DNA of 64,000 nt from Eledone cirrhosa (lineage: Eukaryota), in NCBI GenBank assembly GCA_964016885.1, contig OZ024740.1, positions 244,032,001-244,096,000 of the forward strand, read 5' to 3'. The stretch's first letter is position 1. Each line of letters opens with the position of its first letter. Positions 53,221 to 64,000 of this stretch are shown piece by piece. Below the pieces are notes generated by a model. It had not been told where the DNA came from. It did not search any database and saw only the letters and a list, made by a program, of their open reading frames with translations. The position numbers were made by a program, and so were the translations under genes.

Positions 53221-53404
53221 GGCGGTGGATTGGCAGTATCGGTAGAGGGTTGGACGCTATGCTTTCCAGCATAGTTACGTCCCTTTACGATCTGAGTTCA
53301 AATCACGCTGGGGTTGACTTTGCATTTCATCCTTACGAGGTCGATAAAATAAAGTACCAGTAATGCACTGGGTAATTGCTGGCCTTGTGCCTAAAGTAGA
53401 AACA
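53221..53404 (+). mobile_element. S1 SINE, full length, TSD attatgtatcattaaact
   Basis: A/B boxes, core, tail, 18-bp TSD. Confidence 0.9.
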
Positions 53405-53537
53405 ATTATGTATCATTAAACTACGGTCTTATCAGTCGATCGACCAAGCTTCGTATCCACACACACACACACACACACACGTGTGTGTATACAATTTATT
53501 GATGTGTAATTATATAGTTATAACACAGACACACACA

Positions 53538-53569
<32 letters not shown>

Positions 53570-53612
53570 TTTGTGTGTATACAATTTATTGATGTGTAAT
53601 TATATAGTTATA

Positions 53613-53659
<47 letters not shown>

Positions 53660-54000
53660 AATATATATATTGTCCACGAAATCAGAAAAATCAATTGTAC
53701 AGGACTATTTTGGTGAGTGAATGTTTGTAACAGTTATTACCGATAGTCTTACTTGCAAAACCATATGCCAAAAATATATATAAAGCTATTCAGAAATAAC
53801 TTCCATTAATAGTTCACCTAAAGGATTACATTTTGTCTGTATTTACATTCTTTTAGAAAAGAACTTTTGGATAAACAATGTTCCACAAATTTTCGGATTT
53901 CACTAATGGTTGTGTATCCTTCTTTGATTTTTCCTTCATTGCCTTCAGCTACTCTACATAATCACAATAAAATAAGTCTATGTCTATGTATGTATCTACT

Positions 54001-54065
<65 letters not shown>

Positions 54066-56349
54066 GATATATATGTGTGTGTGTATGTGTGTGTGTATAC
54101 GTATATATATGGTGCTGCTGGCACTGATGATAAAATTTAATTTATTACTGCTCTGGCTATCCCTGAATATGCGGCTGATGATGCTTTGGACAAAAACGGT
54201 AATATTGGACATTGGCTTCACCTCGTGGACTTCCTGCTGTTATTGCCACTATTGTTGCAGTTAGCTGCCTTCATTTGTTTTTGCTTCACCTCTTCTATGA
54301 ACAAAGCTTGCCTAGCACCTGGATCTTCAACTTTTGTAGGAGGTTGAGTGATTTTTCCCACGCTCCTCCATCAATGGGGTATATATCTGAGATGGCCTTT
54401 TGTTCATTGAAGGTTCATTGGGAACTGCAGATCGATGCACAGCGCATTCGATCACATATTGTTGCAGATTTCCTTCTCGTCATCGCATGCCCATATGGTT
54501 ACGCAAAAGCAACAAAAGGTCAATGGTTAAAAACCATACTGATAACGCCAGTCGTGATCTCCGTAGGCTCAAAAACTATAGTACCTCTTCACCTGACTTT
54601 CAGCCTTAAAGACCAAACACACGCTTCCATTTGTCCTGTTACGGTCGAGGGATCATACACCTCTGCATACATCGGCCATAGCTTCCTACAATTTCTCTTT
54701 TGCGGCTATAAAATACCGAAAATGTGTTACCTTTCTTCGCTCCCATCCCTGACTAATTTCGTCTGGCAGAAAATCAGTCTTCCTCCTTTTCATTAAGTTG
54801 GTTCATAGTGAGATAATCCTCGTGACCTACACCGTTTCAAAAGGATGGATTGTTGTTGCTGTTGGTGGTGGTACTTTTGATAATGTCATTAAAATTTGTC
54901 TTTTTACTTGTTAAATTATGGCCTTCTTTGTAACTGTGGAATTTGTTCTTTTTTTTTGTTTATCCTTTTAGTGTGTGTTTTCAAAAGAAGTAGATTGTAT
55001 TTGCTGCTAGTCCCATTGAAGCTAGCACTTACTCCGACTAGCCCAGACGTCAACATATTAAACCACTAATAAGAGAAGTATAAACAGAAGTTGGCAAAAA
55101 TACGTGTGTACAGTAAAAAAGAAATGTATAAGAACGAACCCCTTTTCTTCGTCAAGGTAATGGGGTGGGGACGCTGCTAAAAAGATTCAATCACTTAAAA
55201 AAAAGTAATAATAACAACACATTTTTATTCTTATAGTAATGCTCTTAGCGCTCAAGTCGACCAAATTACATAACTGGTACTATCGATAGTCAATATGGAT
55301 CATATCTCAGTTGTTGAAACTCAAATTTGTCAATAAAAATGTTTTCTCAATAAAAGCAATTAGAAATTGTTTGGAAGAAATATGAAACATGACAGAAATA
55401 TCAGTTCATTAAGAAACGAAGCTAACAACATTATTATGCACTTACTTTATATAAAGTTCAACAGGTATATTGAGCTATAAACAAATACTTGTTAATGTTT
55501 TACGTCAGTTGATCCTTCATAGATTATGATTAGCTAAGAAAAATAGACATCTTTGTTGAAAATCGGCTGACATAAAATATCCTGAGACAGCATGTTTTGT
55601 TTTGTATTTTATAAAACAAAAAAGTGAGGTAAATAAAAACATTATTAAACTTGCTTTTTTATTTTCCATTGGGATTTATAAATACGACTATCACTGAAGA
55701 CAAAAGTGGCAAACATATATAAACTGTTAATGTCAATGAAATCAGTGGAGATTGCGAAATAATTAGATCACCAATAAGCTAATGATTTTTAGTTTCTTTG
55801 GAGTATTATTTGATCTCAACAAACGTTTTTGAAAAAAATAAATAAATCAATGGTGTTTGAGCATATTGTGCGTTCTCTGCTTTCTTTCAATCACAATTGC
55901 AGTATCAAATAAAACAAATATCCTTTAAAACGTTCATCCCAATCATGTGCAATACAAAACTCCTCGTTTGATAATTCAATTGTCTTTAAGATTGTATAAG
56001 GATTTCCGAGATTTCACCCTACAAATAAAACAGTTTGGATAACAGAATTGATGGTTTAGTTCAGCTGTCAGCTCACATACTAAGTACACACCACATACAT
56101 ACACACGAGCGGTGTACGAGGCAGAATCATTAGAGCGTAAGACAAAATGGCTTGCGGCATTTTTTCCGTCTCTTTGCGTACTGAGTTCAAATCTCGCAGA
56201 GCTCAACTTTGCTTTTCACCCGGCCGAGTTCGATAAAATAAGTACCAGTCTAGGGCGATACATTGTTAGAGCGTTGAATAAGATGTCCCGTGATATTTGT
56301 TCCCTTTATTTACATTCTAAGTACAAATTCCTTCTTGAGTGGTAGACTT

Positions 56350-58075
56350 AATCTAGCACCTGTTGTAACACCACCTGCCAGTCCTTGGGTGCCCTTTGCG
56401 GAAACGAAACTGTTGTAAGCATACGGGCCAAGTTTCTCAGATTTACTGGCCATTTCGTATATGAACAGACTAGAACGCCGAGTACTCAGCCCCTGTTACA
56501 CCTGCACTTTTTTCACTAGAATGTGGATGATATACTCATCCTCACATCCTTCAAGGAGAATTGCAACAAGATTTTCAAATCTTTCAACAATGCCGACAAT
56601 AACATCAAATTCAGCATTGAACATCCTACCGACTCCGAGTCCCTCGCTCTACTTGATTTCAGACTGAACATCTCTGATAACGACGAAATCCACACTGATT
56701 TCTGTCACAAAGCGGCTAGCGGGGATCTGTTTGTATATTTCAAATCTCCCGCCCCAACAGGTCTAAAAGAGGGTACATCTTCAACGAAATGGCTCGTATA
56801 CGCAACTGATGCGGTGACGCTGCTAATAGAGCCAGCCACCCATATCAAACGATTTCACAGGGTGTTAGAGATTAATAACTACTCAGCTTCCTTCTTCACC
56901 CCTCGATGAAACCCTAGATCCAAAGATCGGACCAACACAAACAACAGTTGCTTCTTCAAGATCGCAGATCTCAGCGAGGAAGCCACCAACGCCATACGCA
57001 AAGCCATCAGGAAGGAGGGCCTCAGTATCAAACTAGCTCACTCTGGATCTTCCCTGCAAAGATGCGTCTCCACAAGACAATTGCCCTATCCGCAACACTA
57101 ATTGTTGCCTACATACCTACGTAGTATACAGGCTGGAATGTAACAAGTGCAATCCATACTACACAGGCAGCACTATTCGACCGTTACATCTCGGTATTAA
57201 AGAACATATTAACACCAGCTCCTCTTCCTTCCGCGAACGCATCATCAAACGCGAAAACTGGGACAAGAACATTCCGACCAGCGTCTTGGTTATCGAACGC
57301 AGTCTAGACACGAAATACCTGATCCCGTTATGACACACAGATTTTCTAGTCCTTACGTTCTAAGCTTACTTGATCAAGCAATTAAAACCTGGAATCAATA
57401 ATCGAATGGAAAGAAGTGCACCTGAATGGCTAATTGAACTTATCCAACACAATTACGCAATCGTTCCAGCATCCCAGCTGCCCGTTCTAAGGCACGTTTC
57501 ATTCATTCTTTCAAATTAAATCTACGTCCTCACTAAGCAAACGCACATAGACTCACATACATACATGTATCACACACACATTTCCCCCTTTTTATCACAT
57601 ACATATTCGCACACGCCATTCACTACATAAACTTACACTCACGCACGCACATACATACATCACTCAAATTAAATCTACGTCATCGACACATACATATATC
57701 ACACACATATTTTTTCCCTTAAATTATATACATATTCGCACACGCCTTTTGCTACGTATACTTACACTCACTCACACACATACATACATCTACCACTAAG
57801 CACACTTACATTCATGCACACACATGCATATATCAAACATTTTTTCTCACACATATTTCACAACGCGCACGCTCGAAATGTTAACGTCTTTTCATTACAT
57901 TTAAATTAAATCTGCCTTCCTAACAACAATTAATGTCCGACCGGTCCTTTAAGACCTTCACAGGAATAATGAGTTTTTAAACCCGAAAATAGTTGGGATG
58001 ATTAAATTTATTAAGGTAAAATTCTATGGTTATCTTGTCACCTTTAATGTTTTAATGCATTGTATGGCTTTTAAA
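56350..58075 (+). mobile_element. Degenerate Penelope-like element (RT thumb plus GIY-YIG)
   Basis: LAISYMNRLE, VDDIL, NIKFSIEHP...LDF, FKSPAP, CP....CC...VVYRLECNKC..YTGST.RPL..GIKEH; 3' boundary approximate. Confidence 0.7.
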
Positions 58076-58126
58076 ATTATTTAAATTTATATTTCCTATT
58101 CAACAATGCTTCAAGCAAACTACAAC

Positions 58127-58158
<32 letters not shown>

Positions 58159-58247
58159 TTATTTATATATATATATATATATATGTATCTATGTATGTGT
58201 GTGCGCATATATATATATATATATATATATGTATCTATGTATGTGTG

Positions 58248-58283
<36 letters not shown>

Positions 58284-58326
58284 GTGTGTGTGCGCGCACA
58301 CATACATAGCTACATATATATGATGC

Positions 58327-59556
58327 TTATTATAAATAAGCCTGTAAGATCTTCATCAGGCAGTAACGGTCCACGGAATCAAAGGCCTTCCTAAAGTCAA
58401 TGAAAACCATGACCGCAGGAAGGCACTTTGCTCTAGCTCCCACTAATATCCTCCTCAGCATCAGGATGTGAGTGGTGGTTGATCTTCCCTCTCTGAAGTC
58501 GTTCTGGTTGTCCCTGAGCTTATTCTCCATCTCGGGCTAGATCATGTTAAGGGTCTTTGCCAATAAGAAGATAGTGAATCTGATATCTCTGCTCTACACC
58601 AACACCGATGCCCAAGTCATTACACCTGATGGGATGACGGAGTTCTTTGAGATACTGGCTGGAGTGCTCCCTGGAGATACATTGGCTCCCTACCTTTTTA
58701 TCATCACAGTGGACTATTGTATGCGCCTTGCGCTGGAGAAACACCAGGACTCTGGCTTTACTGTAGCACCGGCTCAGAGCAGGAGAGTTAAGGCGAAAAA
58801 GATATCAGATGCTGAATTTGCCGACGACATAGTTCTGGTGACAAACACAGTGAAGGAGGTAGAGGATTTGATGCAGGAGGTGGAGACTGTGTTGATGAGT
58901 GTGGGGCTGAGAATGAATGAGTGTAAGACGAAGTATCTGGTAGAGAACATTAAGAAGTCAGAGAAGATTATGAATGTAGGCGGGAAGCCGCTAGAGTTGG
59001 TTGAGGACTTCCTGTATCTGGGAGCAAAGATTGGCAAAACAGAGGATAGTGTTGTTGAGAGGAAGAGTAAAGCCTTGGAGGCGTGCCACAGTTTGAGATC
59101 GGTGTGGAAGTTGAACCTTCGTAAAGACCTGAAGATCCGTCTCTTCATTGCTACAGTGGAGTCTGTGTTGCTGTACGGGTCTGAGACTTGGACACTGACT
59201 AAGAAAGTCACTCAGATTGTGGATGGGTGCTACACGAGAGGATGGCTCTGAACATTAATCAGTATACACTGAGGATACAGAACTCAGAGCTGTACAGGAG
59301 CCTCCCAAAAGTCAGCTTGAAAGTAACATAGATGAGACTGAAGCTAGCTGGACATGCTCACCGACATTCAGGGTTGACACTGCATTTAGTGCTCCTGTGG
59401 GAGTCCCTACACGGACACACTAGAAGAGGGAGACCGAGGTTGAAATATGTTGATGCCCTAAGGACAGCCACAGGTCTCTTGGAGACGCAGCGATGATGAG
59501 GGACAGAGACCGCTGGAGAGAACTCGTCTATGGATTTCCTGAATTCTATCCGTCCT
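58327..59556 (+). mobile_element. RTE LINE (family R2), 5'-truncated with 5' inversion (58327-58560 on minus strand)
   Basis: Minus: QNDFREGRS..DFRKAFDSV..KILQAY; plus: KKIVNLI..GVLPGDTLAP..FADD..YLG..LLYGSETW; 3' end matches 43002-43238. Confidence 0.88.
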
Positions 59557-59744
59557 AGATAGATAGATAGATATTGTAAATAAGAAATAACGGACAAGAA
59601 CGCAGTAGAGAATTGAGAGATTAAGAGTTCAATATAACACGGCGAATTGATAAATTCATTACAGTAGACCTGTCAATTCTCCCCGTCCGACGGAGGGGGG
59701 GGGGTCTCCCCTTTTTGGCTCATTTCTCCCGGTCTCCCTTTTTT

Positions 59745-60728
59745 TGTCCATAGGCTCCGGGCGGAAGGTCCTACCAAACAGACTGGTGAGCTTGTCGTCT
59801 TCGACGCCTAGAGTCTCGCCGAGCACGTCGTCGCATTTCCAAAATACTAACGCTCTATAGAATGTTGAAGTGGAGTCTCCACTGATTGCTGTGCCCGCTT
59901 GACAGAGGACTGTGAGCGCCTTAGCGCATTCAATGTGCTAGGCGCCCATTTTCTTCGGTATTCGCTTCACCCAGGACTGCAGCTCCATCAGCGAGACAAG
60001 TTGTGGGAAGGCCTGTCTCACAAACGGTGCCCACACCGGTTGGTCGGTGAGGAATACCTGGAGATGCCGTAGCCTCAGCGCATGTTTGCGCATCATTAGC
60101 CACGGCATGCCCAGCCCTCCGTTGGAAGGGTGTTGACGGCAGACGGATCTCCTCACCAGTGGAGCCTGCTTCTTCCACAGGAACTGGAAGAGCATGCGTT
60201 CCATTCACGAGGACAAGGCACGACAGTCAAGCGGTAGTAGATGACGGACGCTATGAAAGTGTTCGCCACCTCCGCTCGACCTTTCAAAGACAGTTTGCAC
60301 TCTGTCCACTTCTGGGTGAGCGCAAATACCTTGGCCATGACCTCGTTCCAGTTTTTCTCCACCTGGAGGTCTGGACCGAACCAGACCCCGAGCAATTTCA
60401 CCGGTCCTTCCGTCCAGCATCCGACGACGCTGTCGGACGGCATCGATTTGCCTCTCCACACTCCGAGTTGCAAACCGACAGACTTGTCCGGGTTCAGTTT
60501 TGCTCCTGTGAACCTTTCGTATTCCTGCAGTAGGTTGCCGATTACCTTGATTTCCGAGGTTTTCGATACCATTACCGTCACGTCGTCTGCATAATCCGAC
60601 GCCGCTTTTCGCAGTCCCGGTTCTAAAGGGATGCTCTGCAAAAGCTCCAGCTTCTGCAGTAGTGGCTCTAGAGTCAATACGTACAGAATGGAGGAGAGAG
60701 GGCATCCCTGTTGAATGGAACGCGTGAT
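59745..60728 (-). mobile_element. Tx1/L1-like LINE internal fragment
   Basis: QGCPLS, YADD, KLLGVWFG, GGLGMP. Confidence 0.88.
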
Positions 60729-60856
60729 AGATCGGTTTATTGGATTGTAGCAAATCCTAGCGTAGAACACGTTCAACACTCAATGTCATAGGTTGATTTC
60801 CAAGATGATGCAGAGTCGATACACTCGTTTCTGGTTTCATTATAATCTGGATCAAG

Positions 60857-61078
60857 GGCGGTGGATTGGCAGTATCGGTAGAGAGTCGGACGCCATGCTT
60901 TGCCGCATAGAGTTACGACCCTTCATGATCTGAGTTCAAATCCCGCCGAGGTTAACTTTGCCTTTCATCCTTACCGGGTCGATAAAATAAAGTACCAGTA
61001 ATGCACTGGGGTCAATTTCATCGACTTTCCCCCCCCCCCCTCCCAAAATTGCTGGCCTTGTATCTATATAAGAAACCA
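60857..61078 (+). mobile_element. S1 SINE variant with extra C-rich insert
   Basis: A/B boxes, core; imperfect TSD tata.tctggatc. Confidence 0.85.
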
Positions 61079-61372
61079 CTATACTCTGGATCCTACCTGA
61101 TATATATATATGGGGGGGGGGGTATATGTACAGAGAGAACGAGAGCGATATACACATTATGAATACATATTACCTGATCAGCTTTAACAGTGTGCTGGTA
61201 GAGGGGAACGAAGTTTATCTGCTGAAATCAATGCTGCGTCAATAGCGTAGCCATGACAATATAATGATCTATGAAGTAATAAGATGAACTGCTCTTACAG
61301 CAACTTAGTAAACATCATTATATTTGTTCTGGCCTTGTGCCAATAGTAGAAACAATTATATTTGTTGTGGCT

Positions 61373-61580
61373 GGGTGGTGGATTGGCAGTATCGGTAGAG
61401 AGTCGGACGCCATGCTTTGCAGCAGAGAGTTACGGCCCTTTATGATCTGAGTTCAAATCCTGCCGAGGTTAACTTTGCCTTTCATCCTTACGGGGTCGAT
61501 AAAATAAAGTACCAGTCACGCACTGGGTCGATTTAATCGACTTTCCCCTCCCCCAAATTACTGGCCTCCTATACTAGAAA
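61373..61580 (+). mobile_element. S1 SINE variant preceded by a separate SINE-tail fragment (61329-61354)
   Basis: A/B boxes, core; target attatatttgtt present three times. Confidence 0.85.
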
Positions 61581-62085
61581 TCATTATATTTGTTGTTGCT
61601 ATTGTTTATAGCCCTAGGTTACCTCTCACTATGCACATATATCACCATAACAACCTTTTCACAGCATTTTTTCTTTTCTTTGCTGTATAATCAGGAAAAG
61701 TAATGTTTACAGCACTTTTATGGGCCTTCGAGACATTTATGGACCATGCCCCAATGCCTGCAACACAGTGGAGACAGCTAAAGCCCAGTTGAGGTTGTTA
61801 AACACGGTGACGATTTAGTTTACCAATCCCAGGCGTTGTATATTTTGGAATACATTATCAATGCCGTCCCTCACTTTTCATAACGACAGGATGTAATCTG
61901 ATGGATATTTGACTGCGATTCCTAACAAATTGGATGTCTATGTAGTTCCCCATCTCCACGAGTTAATCATTAAAAATACTTGTAAACATCAAATGAAGCG
62001 GGATGTAATGAGATATTAAATGAATTGATTCAGGTCTTTATATATAAGTATTATTATTGAGAGAAGGGCGGTGGATTGGCAGTAT

Positions 62086-62250
62086 CGGTAGAGGGTCGGA
62101 CGCCATGCTTTCGAGCATAGTTACGTCCCTTTACGATCTGAGTTCAAATCCCGCCGAGGTTGACTTTGCCTTTCATCCTTACGGGGTCGATAAAATAAAG
62201 TACCAGTAATGCACTGGGTAATTGCTGGCCTTGTGCCTAAAGTAGAAACA
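62086..62250 (+). mobile_element. S1 SINE, full length, TSD attattattgagaga
   Basis: A/B boxes, core, tail, 15-bp TSD. Confidence 0.9.
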
Positions 62251-62396
62251 ATTATTATTGAGAGATTCACTAAAGCTATTGTGACGTTACGCAAGAGATA
62301 TGGCGGACAGGTTGTTCAGAACAGGGCCGCCAACACACTTTTCAATTTCTGCCTGACTTTTCAATTTCTCCCAATAAGCACGCATACATAGTATAG

Positions 62397-62440
<44 letters not shown>

Positions 62441-62443
<3 letters not shown>

Positions 62444-63240
62444 ATAATAATAAATTTGAAGAATAAAATCCAAAGAGGGCTCGATAAGGATAAATATATA
62501 TCAAATATATAAGAACCGTAGACCAAATATTTATTAAAATAACAGATTAAAGTTTAAGCAAAGAATCGCTGCTTTCACCCTTAACGGGATCTTCTGAAAC
62601 TAACAAAGTCAATCTGTAAACGCTAAACTGGATATTTCAAAAAATTTTGCAACCGGAGGAAGACAGGAAGACGATACTTTGGTTCGTGGAAACGTCCCCT
62701 GGCTAAGAACGGGAAAAAACGAATATAATACGTCATTAATAGGAGCGGTGAAAAACATTTACGCGCAAAGACAGAACCACGTTTATGGTATAAAAGAGGT
62801 CGTAGACTAATGTTCTCTTAGGTGGTGCATAGAGACGATCTCTGGCAAAGAACGAAAAAAACGAAGATAATACGTCATATGTGGAGCGTGGAGAACAACA
62901 ATAGCACGCAAAAACAAAACCACGTAAATGGTATAGCAGAAGTCGTAGACTAAATTCTAACTAGGAGACCGAATGAATCTCCGCTACGGAGTTAAGAACA
63001 AAGTAAATAAATACAATACAGAAGTAATAGAAATAAATAAAAACATACACGCAAACAAAAACGTACATACACAAGCATACGCAAAAACTTACCATAGGTA
63101 AACAAAACCACGCACATATAAATATGTGTGTGTGTAAGCGTGTATACAAATAAATAAATAATTATATAAACGTATATAAATAAATAAATAAATATATATA
63201 TATATAAATTGAAACAAAATGAAAACGAAATTTCATTTCT
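62441..63240 (-). repeat. Longest copy of non-coding family P1, 3' end at (TA)n, with an internal diverged duplication (period about 142 bp)
   Basis: Matches 14935, 17716, 18321 and 21256; 62713-62810 resembles 62854-62953; far boundary approximate. Confidence 0.7.
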
Positions 63241-63409
63241 CACTCTTAGTATGGCACTTACTTAAATGTAAGTATGCATGTATACGTACATACATATATG
63301 TATACAGACGTACAGTAGCATGCACATATATATATATATACATATATACATACATATGCATACAGGTACACATACATATATGCACGTATTAAATTTAAAG
63401 GGTAAATTA

Positions 63410-64000
63410 GACAAAGTCATAGATACATATATATGTTTTTGGCAACCATTCACGGTGTGGCCATTTTGAATTCATTTCTGGCGGGGATCATGGTAGAAAA
63501 ATCTTAGTCCATCTGAGGTATCTCCTGATGAGTTCCGAGCCTCGTGGATTTATCCAAAACCGGATATATCCAAAAGGTGGAATGAAACCGCCGGTTGGTA
63601 GAGATTATGAAGATTCTAGTAAAGTTTATGTACATTTTTTCTTCTAACTTCGATTTTGTACCTAATTCCGTGTACTTAACCATATGTCTAGTCAATTTCT
63701 ACAGGCTAGAAGGAATATTCGGTAAATATCAAGTGGCTGTACATTGCGAAAAGAAGCTATATCATTTGTTTATTATTTCTTCATAAGTACATTTTAAACT
63801 TATAGCCTCGTTTAAATGATTTTTTGTGTGGTTGATTCATACAGACTGGGAGAGGAAATACTGTATATATTTTATTTAATGATTTTTTGGACTTACATTT
63901 TTATATATTGCTCTGATTATTAATTATTTAATTAATTCTTCATTGAGCCACACCGTGAATGGTTGCCAAAAACATATGTATATGTATCTATGATTTTGTC
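63410..64000. repeat. Inverted repeat (63410-63471 / 63948-64000, runs off the window) enclosing an HHR
   Basis: gacaaagtcatagatac...ggcaaccattcacggtgtgg versus its reverse complement. Confidence 0.8.
63520..63605 (+). ncRNA. Type-I hammerhead ribozyme motif, intact core
   Basis: atctc-CTGATGA-gttcc...ggaat-GAAAC-CGCCGGTTG-GTA-gagat. Confidence 0.8.

Noticed and set aside
52820-54850. Possible ancient RLE-type LINE remnants (about 52830-53110 and 54280-54850) and ORF 54212-54796
   Set aside because: Only vague motif similarity; the ORF has no recognisable domain

Overview
AT-rich, microsatellite-dense eukaryotic DNA made almost entirely of nested transposable elements. No host-gene exon is recognisable, and the SINE families suggest a cephalopod (octopus-like) genome (inference). 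It contains eight Tx1/L1-like LINE copies stacked at (GATA)n tracts, one near-full-length RTE LINE (958-aa APE+RT ORF) plus RTE fragments, a degenerate RLE-type (Hero-like) retrotransposon, a hATm-like transposase remnant, two Helitron derivatives, tRNA-derived SINEs and at least five Penelope-like (GIY-YIG) fragments. The most striking layer is non-coding. About a dozen unrelated repeat families each carry a type-I hammerhead-ribozyme (HHR) motif (CUGANGA or the covarying UUGANAA, then GAAA, a palindromic stem III and UH). They sit beside or between (TA)n tracts as fold-back inverted repeats, whose turn often falls inside the ribozyme, or as partial tandem (retrozyme-like) repeats. Most long ORFs in the track that are not listed here are translations of microsatellites or antisense frames.
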